From NCBI GenBank assembly GCA_054661495.1, contig BAAFSQ010000189.1, positions 1-19,184 of the forward strand: DNA of 19,184 nt, given 5' to 3'. The position numbers and the translations under genes were made by a program. Of this stretch, positions 1 through 11,750 are shown one piece after another. The DNA is from Zygophlyctis sp. KS116. Its lineage: Eukaryota; Fungi; Chytridiomycota. The notes under the pieces are model-generated. The model saw only the letters and a list, made by a program, of their open reading frames with translations, was not told the DNA's origin and searched no databases. Within the stretch, counting starts at the first letter, position 1. Every line of letters starts with the position of its first letter.

Positions 1-515
1 AACAATTATCAATAGTTCAATCTTGTCAAAAACCAATGTTTCTTCACTGTAGAAACGCAGCACAAGATTTAATATCTATTTTAAAAGAATATCATGACTA
101 TTGGTCTGAAGGAGTTGTACATTCTTTTGATGGAACTCTTCAAGAAGCTCAAGAATTTATGTCTATGGGATTGTATATTGGTATTAATGGTTGTTCCTTA
201 AAGACTGCTGAAAATCTAGATATTGTATCTCAACTTCCTCTATCAAAGATCATGATAGAGTCTGATGCCCCTTGGTGTGGAATTAAGAAAACTCACGCAT
301 CTTTCCAGCTTAGCCCTTTATTATCTGCTGTTCCATTAGTAAAAAAGGAAAAATTCCTTCTTGGATCAAGAGTCAAGGATCGTAATGAGCCTGCATCTTG
401 CTTAGATATTCTACATGTATTGTCAAAATTATTTCAGAGGCCTTTGGAGGAATTATCTGAAACCATTTATCAGAATACAGTTAAGTGTTTTTTTCCGGCG
501 GGTAACAATCAATAA
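1..515 (+). CDS. TATDN1: TatD-family DNase, eukaryotic TATDN1 type; 5' part lies outside the window
   Basis: Frame is open from base 3 (QLSIVQSCQKPMFLHCR). TatD motifs FLHCR, GVVHSFDG, YIGINGCSLKT, MIESDAPWC and RNEP are present. Stop TAA at 513-515. Confidence 0.93.
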   Translation, partial: QLSIVQSCQKPMFLHCRNAAQDLISILKEYHDYWSEGVVHSFDGTLQEAQEFMSMGLYIGINGCSLKTAENLDIVSQLPLSKIMIESDAPWCGIKKTHASFQLSPLLSAVPLVKKEKFLLGSRVKDRNEPASCLDILHVLSKLFQRPLEELSETIYQNTVKCFFPAGNNQ

Positions 516-516
516 A

Positions 517-1874
517 ATGATTTCTGCATTTTTCATATTTAATGGAAGGGGAGATGTACTGCTTTCTAGAGTTTATCGGCAGGATGTCAAAAGGTCCTTG
601 ACAGATGTATTTAGAGTTCATGTTCTTGCACAAAATATTAAAACTCCAATCTTGACTTTGGGAAGTACTTCTTTTTACTACATTAAACATGAAAACTTAT
701 TCCTTGTCGCCGTTTGCAAATGCAATCCTAATGTTGCATTGGTCTTTGAATTTCTTTATAAAGTGGTGTCGTTGGGCGTCAAGTACTTTAATCGTTTTGA
801 TGAAGATTCAGTAAAGGACAATTTCACTTTTTTGTATGAAATCATGGATGGTAATTTGTTTTAAATTTAACTGAAAGAGATTTGTGATTTTGGATTTCCT
901 CAAAATACAGATTTGGAAGCATTGTCTGCTTCAGTCACGACAGACTATGTAAAAAGCGATACTGTACTTTAATATTTGACTAAATTATAGGCTTCAATAG
1001 TGAAAAAGCTTATTGTACAGGCAACAGGGGTAGTATCTTGGAGAAGACAGGATATTAAGTATCGTAAAAATGAGGTTTTTGTGGATGTCATTGAAAAAGT
1101 AAATTTATTAATGAGTTCAGAGGGTAAATAAACTTAATGTAAAAAGTAGGATCAGTATTAAGATCAGATGTATCTGGTCAAGTAATGATGCGTGCTAATT
1201 TAACTGGAATGCCTGAATGCAAATTTGGACTAAATGATAAACAATTGGTAGACTCTGAAAGAAAGGCCTCAGGACAAGATTCCAATAATAAACTGCTCAT
1301 TGAATTAGATGATTGTCAATTTCATCAATGTGTTAGATTGGGAAACTTTGGAGAAACAAAGAGTATTAATTTTATTCCTCCTGACGGGGAATTTGAACTC
1401 ATGAAATACAGAACCACAGAAAACGTCTCATTACCTTTTAAAGTCAGAGCAATCTTGAATGAAACAAATTCTCGAGTGGAATACAGAGTGGTTTTAAGAG
1501 CATTGTTCCCACCAAAAATATCAGCACAAAGCATTATAGTTAATATTCCAACTCCTACAAACACCTCTGATGCAAAAATATCAATTTCAGGTGGGAAATG
1601 TAAGTATAAAGGGAGCGAAAATTCACTCATTTGGAAAGTCGCTAAAATGCAAGGTGGTCAGGAACTTTCTCTAACGGCGACAGCTGAACTATCTTTAACT
1701 ACTACTAAAAAAACTTGGACACGACCTCCAATTTCTGTTGATTTTCAGGTGATCATGTTCACATCATCAGGTCTGCTTGTAAGATATCTAAGAGTCTTTG
1801 AAAAGTCAAACTATATTCCAATCAAGTGGGTAAGATACATGACAAGAGCTGGATCATATCAAATTAGGATTTAA
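517..1874 (+). CDS. APM4: AP-2 clathrin adaptor complex mu subunit (AP2M1/Apm4 type), 425 aa, 4 exons: 517-850, 878-963, 991-1123, 1150-1874
   Basis: Starts [23 protein letters not shown]. Splicing GT-AG introns 851-877 (27 nt), 964-990 (27) and 1124-1149 (26) restores [71 protein letters not shown] and the C-terminal [19 protein letters not shown] is 1278 nt, a multiple of 3. Confidence 0.95.
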
Positions 1875-1924
1875 AACAACAATTACCATAACACGAGAAT
1901 TTTGAAGATTTTTTGAGCTTAAAA

Positions 1925-2672
<748 letters not shown>

Positions 2673-2678
2673 ATATGA

Positions 2679-4973
2679 TTAGTTTGACTCTTTCTTGATT
2701 CGTTTGAAATGCAGAACAAAGGGTCCGTTATTTTTGAAATAAAAGTACTTTACGGTTGCAATGGACAGCCTTGGTGAGAGTATTTCATTCCCCAAAAATA
2801 TTCTTGTTTCTAAATCTTTTTCGATGGGGATTTTACCATCTATATATTCAGATAATTTGAGCAAACGCATCATTTTGTTGCAATTTAATTGATTATGCCT
2901 TCAAGGTTAATAATCAAATGTTTTACCCTCCTGGCAATGCAGCTGTATTTGATTTTGGATACGGATCAAGAATGAAATTGATTTTTGAAATTTCCCTTTT
3001 AGGTGTAACGCTCTTATGTTTAATATAAATGCATGTACCTGTAGTAGCCAATTAGACAAGAATTCTGGGACCACTTTCTTGAGCTTTTGAACTTCTTCCA
3101 GATCTTCAAGTAGAGCTTTTGGTGAAGAAGAGAACAAAACTAGATAAGTGAATAAATCATCCGAATCTTTAACACTGATTTTTAATTTGACATTAGCTGG
3201 AAGAGATATCCACGGAGTATCAATGGTACTTAAAAAAGGAAATTGATCTAAGAAAACTGTTCTAGTCTAAAATTAGTAAAATTGCACATACATGTGATTT
3301 TGGTGATTTGAATGTATTTCCGTCCAACGATATATCAGCTGAATATATACATGATGTGTTCCCTAACAAAGCTGGAGCATCTAAAGCAGATTTTTTTTCA
3401 GACTTAATATAGCCTAGAAAGAGATAAGTTAATATCCAGGATGCGAGGTTTACTAATAATGAAGACAAAATTCATACTGCGATAATTTTTTTCGTAGTCT
3501 TGACTTAAGTTTGGGATTTCTAAATCATCCAAGTAAGTTTCAGCATCGTAACAGCTACCATCAAATATATGAACAACCAATATCTGTTTATTAAATAAAA
3601 AAGCTTACCCCTGTTTTTATTTCCAGACTGCACCAGTTTGCTACCCACACTTTTGAGTTTAACTGAGTAATTATATCTTCAAAGAGTAGGTTTGATTCAT
3701 ACTTTTTGATGATAGAGCATGCAATTATATCTACTAAAAATTTTGTCTTCTTTGAATTTTCTGTCAGCACATGTCTTTTATTATTAAGCATTACAGCTTT
3801 TATAATTCTCGGGTATCCTTGTACGTAAATCTGTGGCATTTTACCTTTGATTCGCATTTTCGGGCTTATATTTAAAGGTTTCCTTATATCTTTAAAATCG
3901 GTTTGCAAATCCGGTGAAGATGTGCCAGGCTCTGACGTTAAATCTTTATCCACGCGAATATTTAAAGATTGGTTAAAATCGTCTTTTGAGGGGATATCAT
4001 TCCAAGCAGTTAAGTCAAAAGATCCAGTCCATACCAATTCTCCATCTAAGCCATCAAGCGCCATAATCCCGGTAGATTCTTGGCCTAAGCATACAGACTG
4101 ATTATGGTTTCTGCTAGTCTTCCATAAAAAACCTACAAATTAATAAAGTGAACAAACCATTCTTTGTCCCCACCCAAAAAGTTTTCAGATCTGAATCTTT
4201 CGAGACAATTTTCCAGATAGAATCATTATAATGATTTATTGTTTGATACGGTGTAGTAGGAACTGCTAAATCCCAAAAATTGACCATAAAATCAGAACCA
4301 CCAGAAATCAAATAATGCCCATCATCGCTGTAATCAAAAAATTAACAAATACCTTAGTTGAAGTGTTCTAACCATATCATTATGACCATAAAATTCCAAA
4401 ATTTGCTGATTTGATCTGGAATCAAACAATTTGACTGTATTACCAACTGAAGTAGCAGCAGCAATAATCGAGCCAGCGCAAGATATTGCATATACTGAGG
4501 AGTGAGTTATAATTTCGGCTAAAATTACTAAAAACTATCATACATGACATTTGCAAAACTGACAAATCCCAAATACGTATCTTCTTATCTAACCCCGCAG
4601 AAGCAATCATATTTTGAGTATTTAGAGCTGATAACGCAGTCACCGAATCATTATGATTTCCAAGATAATGATGCTGTAGATTTTTAGTAATTTTAACTGT
4701 TGAATCTGCGGAACAGGAGACCACTTTTCCATTAATTAGAAATTCTTACACGAATCGTTTATATGCAAAAGATCATTCACCCAATCTGAATGAATACTGG
4801 AAGAGTTTAAAATTTCTGTTTCATTAAATTCATAAATCTTCCCATCTCTCCCTTTGATTTTAAAAATATAAATTACCACCAACCCATACTCTATCATTGC
4901 AAAGTTTAAGACTTTTGACTCCTGTAAATGTCTCTGGCTCTAAAAAAGAATAAGAAATTCTATATTTTTTCAT
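2679..4973 (-). CDS. WDR48: WDR48/UAF1 (Duf1/Bun107-like) deubiquitinase activator: WD40 repeats plus C-terminal DUF3337-type region, 679 aa, 11 exons
   Basis: ATG at 4973. Ten GT-AG introns: 4852-4876, 4724-4749, 4519-4543, 4328-4352, 4133-4157, 3584-3608, 3453-3477, 3267-3291, 3013-3038, 2899-2926 (25-28 nt). Splicing gives one 2040-nt ORF with RISYS..GVKSL..GGRDG, HSDWVND, GHNDMVRTL, ANWCSLEIKTGILVV, RINLASWILTYLF, LNCNKMMRLLKL and LSIATVK, all matching the WDR48/UAF1 family pattern. Confidence 0.88.
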
Positions 4974-5053
4974 AATCCAACTCAAATCCTGTAAACGTTA
5001 ATCTCAGGTCAAGGCTCTTGAGTCAAGAAATATCGTATTTATATATTCAAATA

Positions 5054-5695
5054 TTATCTCCCAGTTTGCAACTGCAATTGCCTTTCCAACAATGTGATCT
5101 CTTCCAAACTCTTTGCTTGACTTAGAGCTAATTTCAATTTTTCTATAGTTTCCTTTGAAGGTCCTGATTTCTCGACAGTCGTCTTTACTATTTCGTCTTT
5201 TAGACTAGAGTCTTGGAACATTATTGAGGAGACTTTTCTTTCTTCCATTGTAACTTTTTTATAGTCCAAAATTTTTAAAGATTCCAAATTATTAATCATA
5301 TATTCTCTGTAATGTAACAATTTAGAGACAGGATTTCCCAAAAGAATAAGAACCTCTAGTTTCTTAAAATGTGAAAGTTGTACATCTCCTAGTTCTTTTA
5401 AATCATTATTGGTGAGAACTAGAGTTTTTAAGTTGTGCAATTTCAAACCAAGAGAAGGATCAATTTTAGAAAGATTGTTATTTGAGACAAAAAGAGTTTT
5501 AAGTCTTGGTAAAAGTGGAAAGTTTTCCAATTTTTTTAATTCATTATTTGAAAGATCTATAGTGTCAAACTGGTTCTTTGTAAGGATTAAATTTTCAATT
5601 TCTGCTATTTTTAGACTTTTGAGAGATAGTTCTCGATCACCTAGCGGATTGAGTCCAGAAGGAGAATCATGTATGAGATCATAATCTATTTTCAT
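5054..5695 (-). CDS. LEA1: U2 snRNP A' (leucine-rich repeat protein, Lea1/SNRPA1), 213 aa, intronless
   Basis: N-terminus LNPLGDRELSLKSLKIAEIENL..FDTIDLSNNELKKLENFPLLPRLKTL, LRR cap GNPV..HYREYMI..LKILDYKKV, and C-terminal helix ALSQAKSLEEITLLERQL. Confidence 0.93.
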   Translation of the reverse strand: MKIDYDLIHDSPSGLNPLGDRELSLKSLKIAEIENLILTKNQFDTIDLSNNELKKLENFPLLPRLKTLFVSNNNLSKIDPSLGLKLHNLKTLVLTNNDLKELGDVQLSHFKKLEVLILLGNPVSKLLHYREYMINNLESLKILDYKKVTMEERKVSSIMFQDSSLKDEIVKTTVEKSGPSKETIEKLKLALSQAKSLEEITLLERQLQLQTGR

Positions 5696-6330
5696 TTTAG
5701 AGCTCAGGGTTGAGCCTGAACCTATTGTGTCTTTGGAACCAAGATCATAATTGTCAACAAATGGATTTTAAGTAAATTGCAAATCCTATTTTTACTATTC
5801 TTTGCAGAGCTTGTAGACAAAAATACATATATCAAAAAGAAACTAATTTTTAGTTTCAAATTTTTTGTAAATTGAAACGGTAGCTGCAAATCAATATTCT
5901 ATTAATAGATGCAATTTCGCCACTCAGATCATCACGAATTTCTTTTAGAGCTTACCAATTGCAATTTCAGAATCATTATATTAGATTATTCACGTTTTAA
6001 TTGTTCGAAGAAGACAGTTTTGCCCCGAGAAATATACGTTTAGATAAACTAAATTATAGCTATGAGTTCAAAATATAATAAAGCAAAGATTAAAGTAATC
6101 AAGAAAAATACAAAATGCTTCACTTTTATGCAATGTCTGCTATGGTTAACATGGTAGAGGCGGAAGATGAAGGAGGTGGGGAAGGGCCGCGTTTCAATGA
6201 GACGGTGGGTTCTGTCTAAAAATAAGGTTCAAAAACCTAAAGGCAATTCGGCACTGATAGTGATCCTATAAAGTCTGTCTCTTAAAGACCAATGGAATCA
6301 AAAATCAAATTCTTTCATACAATATCTTTC

Positions 6331-6866
6331 TGTAATAAGGAGGAGTAGGTTAGAATCTTTCTAGATTTAGGAAGAAAAACTAGGATTCATCACATAAAAG
6401 TTAGTTGATATTGTAATTGCCTAATAAATAAATTACACTAAATTGAATATTTTTTTTCGACGGGCAAACATAACAGCAGCTCAAAAATAGAGATCCCTCA
6501 TCATGATTATATATATGGTACATTTATACAATGAACAAATCAGCTATGAGCCCATTCACTAAATGATGGCAGGATGGGTCTAGGGGCAAGGTTGATCCCA
6601 CGTATGGTTAGTTTGGTAGTTAATCAATTAAGCCACGGCGGAGTTTATTTAAATAAGCTTTTTAATTTGTTCACGCTAGCACGGGGTTTAAACTAGAAGG
6701 GTCAAAAAAATGAAAACAACACAAGAAAAAAGGTAATATAACTATAACATTAGGATCAAATTAAATCCCTTGAAAAAAAGGATTAAAAAGATTTAAAACC
6801 TAGACTCTGATTATCACAACATGAATTAGCCCCAGACTAGGCTATTCCTAGACCTAGTATACGACA
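6331..6866 (-). repeat. Candidate 3' LTR of the adjacent Gypsy element
   Basis: On the minus strand it begins TGTCGTAT at 6866, directly after a polypurine tract. The distal end (…TTATTACA at 6331) is a guess because no second LTR is present in the window. Confidence 0.45.
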
Positions 6867-6878
6867 TCACCCCCCTCC
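6867..6878 (-). other. Polypurine tract of an LTR retrotransposon
   Basis: Minus strand reads GGAGGGGGGTGA followed immediately by TG, about 60 nt downstream of the integrase stop at 6941. Confidence 0.75.
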
Positions 6879-6940
6879 AGCTCTTCATTAGCTCTAATGA
6901 TACAGTTCAATAAAAAAACCCGTGGTAAAAAAGCAATCTG

Positions 6941-8165
6941 TCATTTTGACGTGAGTTTGAATCGAACTTTGAGTGGGTTCTTTTTAGATCTCTTGGATGG
7001 GCTCTCGTATTTTCTTATGAGTTCATCGGATACGAAATCTCTCTTATGGATTACTTGAGTATCCTTGTGATTCTTGAATTTAACAACATAATGGTCTGGT
7101 CCTTGTTTGACGACTATCTTTCGAATTTTGTGATACTGAGATTCGTCGTTTTCATAGAATGGCAAGCTCGTTAATTTGAGCTGTGACGGAGACCGAGTAT
7201 ATTCACGCCCATCTTTGCCCTTAATTAGATAAGCACCTCCATTGTTTCTTCAAATTACCATGAACGGATCTTCAAATCGTGGTTCCGTCTTGGCTGATCT
7301 TGTATCATTGCGAGCCATAACTATCGCTCCTTTTTTGAAGTTGTCCTTTGAGATTATTAGATGACTTTTAACATATTTTGTGGCATCTTTTTGACAATTA
7401 TTCTTAATTTTCTCTCTAATGGCTGGATACAGGAAAGAAGTGATGAATTCTAATCTTTTCTCAATAATCTGCTGCTTCTCTTCTTCCGTTTTGTCCAACG
7501 CTCTTTTTTCGTCTCTGGTCCAATCTTTTGGAGATCTGGCAAATACAAGAGAATAAGGAGCCGATCCGTGGCGTAAAGTCACCTTTATATGTGTAAAGTA
7601 TTGAACAGATTGATAATGTTGATCCCACAATTGATCTTTACCTTCTAGGAGTTTATAAATGGACAATTGTATAGTTCCAATCCATCTTTCAGCATCACCA
7701 TTAGCTTGAGGATGGTACGCTGTAATCGTCCTTTTTTCTACCTGAGCAATTTTAAATATTTCATCGATTATTGAGTTACAGAATTCCTTTCCATTGTCAG
7801 ATTGAAGTATTTTTGGGAATCCGAGAAGCAGGAAGACCTCTACCAAGTCTTTGGCGACTTCCTTTTTTTTCGTCTTCAAAGCCTTTAAGATAACGAAACG
7901 GGTAAAAATATCAGGGTTATTCCATAGATATAATCATGAAATTTTTGTAATGAGAATATAATAGCCAGTAACTCCCTTTGAGTTGCACCATAATCGAGCA
8001 GCAAATGAGATATATTTCTGACTTTCACTGTCCTTTTGAAAAAGCACCCCAGCTATTCCCGATTGAGACGCATCAGTTGCAATATAAAATGGTTTACTGA
8101 AATTGGGGAAGGATAATATCATGTTACTTGCTAATATCCCTTTTACTTTATCAAATATCATCTAT
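6941..8165 (-). mobile_element. Ty3/Gypsy LTR retrotransposon pol relic: RT-RNase H fragment joined by deletion to integrase, GPY/F module and a degenerate chromodomain
   Basis: LSFPNFSKPFYIATDASQSGIAGVLFQ and frameshifted YGATQRELLAIIFSLQKFHDYIYG (RNase H). The sequence then jumps to DIFTRFVILKAL..GFPKILQSDNGKEF..TAYHPQANGDAER (integrase core), EDPFMVI*RNNGGAYLI (in-frame TGA at 7250-7252) and a chromo-like tail. Confidence 0.9.
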
Positions 8166-8179
8166 CCTTTTTTTACCAG

Positions 8180-10280
8180 GATAATGTAGTCTCACCTCAA
8201 AGGGCCATTGCTTTTATAGGTCAAGAAGTTTTATTCCAGCCTCGAAAGAAAAAAGGTCGAAAGAGTGCAGAGCAAAAAAAAATCGAACAAGAAGCTGCAA
8301 TGCTTAGAAGGCAACGGATAAGAGGTATTTCAGATAACCTTAATGATTTAGATACACATAATGACATTACCTTAGAGTCCCTGGAATCTTTGGATTTTTC
8401 AAAAGTTGATTGTGGCTATAAAACTGTTACAGGTTATGTTAGCGCTATATGTGACTTATTTACATTTCAATCACAATATCAAAACAATAGCCATGGCCAT
8501 CCAAGGACAAAGGAGATGAATAAACTCATAGAAGCAGTTAAAAAAATTTTGTTGAAAGAAAATGATGAAGGATTTCATGATAGGTTGAAAGATACGGCGC
8601 TAGATACAGTCACCTTCACCCAATATATGGAAAATGCTTCGTTTCTTGGCTTTAATGATAAAAATGAAGCTGTTTGTATAGGATATCGCCTAGACGCGCT
8701 ATTGATGTATAGTACCATGGGACGTTCTCAAATTACAAGAAACCTGCGTCTTTCAGAAATCGGTGTTGAGTATGTGTCATCAAACGAACGTCAGGATAAA
8801 AAATGATTCACTGACATATCAAGAGCAGCGAAAGTATGTAATAGCTTCCTTTGAACATTTTGATTTGAGTTGCAGTAAAAAAACACATATTGGTAGGGAT
8901 GTTGCTGTCTCAGTTGGAACAAAAGCTGGGTTATCCGAAAATTCCATGAAAAGACATGGTATTTTTAAATTAAATTTTTTTAAAATATAGGATTTTGGAA
9001 GTTGGACTCGTTTTCTGTAGCATTCCAATCAAGGACACTGCCGTACGACGTAATACGCGTACTTGCAGGGTTTGGAGCAGAGGAATTGTCATACCGCCTA
9101 CTAAGAGACTTTGTTGACCCCCCTAAGGACTTGGAAAAGTTGATATTCCCTTGGGTGGGAGATTCAATTACTCTCATTCAAGATTTACTTAAAAGAAGGG
9201 TAATCCAGAGTGAGCACTCTGGCCTTGGATTCTTGAAGCTATTGCTGCTGCTGCGACGTGTTTTTTTACAGGACGCAGCAGCATTTTATTTGAATTCTGA
9301 TCTTTCGAAATATGAAGTCTCTCAGCTGCCCTTGTTTAAAACGGCCGAATTTGTTGACTTTCAGAAAAAAATTACAGATTGCATTACTGATCCATCTATT
9401 CAAATGCTCTACAAAGCTGGAACCGAAACTAAACTCAATCAAGTCAAAGAAACGCAGGCTGCTCAAGAATCTTTTCAAGAAAAAGGATTTAAAAGGTTGA
9501 ATGAGAAAATGGACGAAGTATTGGCCACAATAGGTTTTCTTACATTTTTAACTAAAATTAGAGGGAGGTAATAAAAAAATGAGAAGAATGCAAAAGAGAC
9601 TCCATAATGTGTATGTGAAAACCTTGGAAGCTGTTCATGAAGTAGCTAATTCGTCTTTATCCGATGTCTCTGATACTGATTCATCGGAGCCTGCTGTAGT
9701 TGTCGCCAGGAAGTCTAAAAAACAAATCGTCGAAAAAGATGCCGGTTTACAAATGAATGTTCAAAAATTGTTGTTTGAAGAGGCAGAGGCAACTCCCAAA
9801 TATCGCATGGCATCATATAAAGTTGTTTCGACCGTTTTGCTAGTCTATAAGGAATGGTATGAAGGTTGGGACGGTCGTCCCAGCATAGTTGAATTAATTG
9901 AAAAATATAACTTGATGTGGAGATATAAGCAGGATGAGAAAAATTTCTCAAGAAGAGGAAAGATGATACGTGAAATCCAGAAATTGGTAAAAGAAGGAAT
10001 TGGAATTGAATCAGCTATTTGGAATTTGGAAACAAGAAGGGGCAAAATAGCTGTTTCTTCATTCGCTGATTCATTGTGTTGTGAAATAAATAATTGATTA
10101 AAATTAATTTTAAGTTTTTATAAGTTTCAATTCAATCATCATCATCATGATTTGAAATCGAATTAGCATCTGAATCTGAATTGTAAGTGAGGTTGCATTG
10201 AATTGCATGACCATCCCATTATTAAAGTTTTCAATTTTACCTCGGGTAAAATTCGTGACCGGAAAAAAAGTACTTGATTA
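8180..10280 (+). mobile_element. CryptonF tyrosine-recombinase DNA transposon (Crypton 1), 5'-truncated and internally deleted; coding part 8180-10097 with Ndc10-II-like YR domain and C-terminal GCR1_C domain
   Basis: GYKTVTGYVSAICDLF, MGRSQITRNLRLSEI, SKKTHIGR, RHG|FWKLD (intron 8959-8990, 32 nt), LPYDVIRVLAGF, PPKDLEKLIFPW, LRRVFLQDAA. Intron 9534-9561 (28 nt) joins to a GCR1_C pattern, YRM..TVLLVYKEWYEGWDGRPSIVELIEKY..WR..FSRR. A frameshifting deletion lies near 8790. Confidence 0.9.
10233..10253. repeat. 21-bp palindromic box near the 3' end of Crypton 1
   Basis: AATTTTACC-TCG-GGTAAAATT has perfect 9-bp arms and is 19/21 identical to 15199-15219. Confidence 0.85.
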
Positions 10281-11264
10281 CTAAGTTTTATGTTGGTAGC
10301 ATTAAAACTCGAAGAGAAAAAAATCTTTACTAGGCCTTGGGCAGGAAAAACGGATCGGTACCAGACAATTTTTTTAAGCGGAGGCTAGGTTTGAAACTCA
10401 ATTACTCAAAACGAAGGCTATGCCTCTAGTGCAATAGCAATTTCAAAGTTGTTGACATCTTTACTCTGTGTTCAAGAGTCTGTGCACACTCTCGTTCTAG
10501 CCTTTAGCTTTTCTGTTTGTAGTTAAGTAAAAACTACTATAATAATTGGAAAAGAGGAATTATCTGACAAATGAATTGATCCATTATAAGTTCTTATTGT
10601 TAAGGTCATAGAAAAAGATTCTAGCCGGAGTCAAATGATTGATTCTGTTGACCATTCTTCAAATAAGACCACTCTTTCACATTCGTTTTCATTTGATGAA
10701 TTTTCATTATATCTTTAATATTTAGTATCGCATGCTGGATCTGGTCCTGCTCTAACTGAGTCAGCTCATTCCACGATTTGTTGGTTCTCCCTTATTTCAT
10801 TTTTTATTTATATTCAACCTCCGTATATTTCTTAAGGGGTCCAAAAGTTCCCACGACTATGCTGTTCATTCAGATCGTTTTCGCTATGTAGCACTGTTTG
10901 TATGCGGGATTGGCAGTTATTGTTGAAACTAAGTCTTGAGGCACTGAACAGTTATGTGAGTGTTAAACGGTTGGTCCTGTAGCAGCTGTACAAAGCCATA
11001 AATAAACCTGAAACTCAAATTGGATGCAACTTTATTTGTTTTCTTTTATAATCAGATTATCTAATTTTAAGTAATCGCTATTGTTGGGTGCAGGTTTCTG
11101 AGCTCTTAAGCCTTGATAAACCCTCATATAATTGTCCATGAGTAAAAACAGGCTCCGGCAAATAAAGCCAAACACTTGTGACTTATGGATTTTCAGCTCT
11201 ACTGCCTTTAACTATAACTGGACGTATTTGTCTAACCCTTTTTTACATGCACAATTGTCCGACG

Positions 11265-11750
11265 TTGGTCCAATTTTAAATCTAGATTGCGCAGTTCTAC
11301 CACCCATTATTAAGCCTGAAGCGATGCCATAAGATGCAACAGGTAATGCTTTTTTAACTTGGTTGCGCTAGATTTAAACAAGGAAAAATAAACATGATTT
11401 CAAATAGATTTATCTCCTAAACGCGCTATGCGAGTAAGCTGATTTTTAGTATGCTCATCTGAGATGAGACAAATCTTGACTTCAGTATGTTTATTGTACC
11501 TGAATCGAAATTTTGTTTTTTCATTTAACAAATACCTATTATTCCAAAGTCACTTCCTCTAAAAAGCTCTTTTGGCATACCAATATACGAAACAGGGAAT
11601 AAATCTAGATTCATTATACTTGATAAATTCTGTTTCATTGTAGAACGGTTCAACTGCAGTATATTGAAGACAACGACAGCATATTTTATTTAATTTTCCT
11701 GTAGCACTTACATGGTCAATGGGCTTTTGGCATTTTGAGCAGAAAATATA
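11265..11750 (-). mobile_element. Helitron-type relic: Cys4 zinc-finger fragment and Pif1 helicase fragment
   Basis: Minus strand ~11355-11267 reads KKALPVASYGIASGLIMGGRTAQSRFKIGP, matching the Helitron Pif1 consensus VASSGIAA.LL.GGRTAHSRFKIP. 11750-11664 reads FCSKCQ..TGKLNKICCRCL. Surrounding frames are full of stops. Confidence 0.65.

Noticed and set aside
415-516. N-terminal extension of the AP-2 mu ORF overlapping TatD
   Set aside because: The conserved mu2 N-terminus begins at the Met at 517, and the upstream open frame has no recognisable similarity.
6120-6220. Pro/Ser-rich exon-like stretch on the minus strand (TEPTVSLKRGPSPPPSSSASTML)
   Set aside because: Only about 30 codons, with no convincing upstream exon or homology.
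7250-7252. Programmed readthrough between integrase and the chromodomain-like tail
   Set aside because: The element is otherwise deleted and frameshifted, so a nonsense mutation such as CGA to TGA is simpler.
10300-11200. Decayed coding-like sequence here and at 11800-12900
   Set aside because: No motif could be identified with confidence. It is probably more TE debris but is left uncalled.
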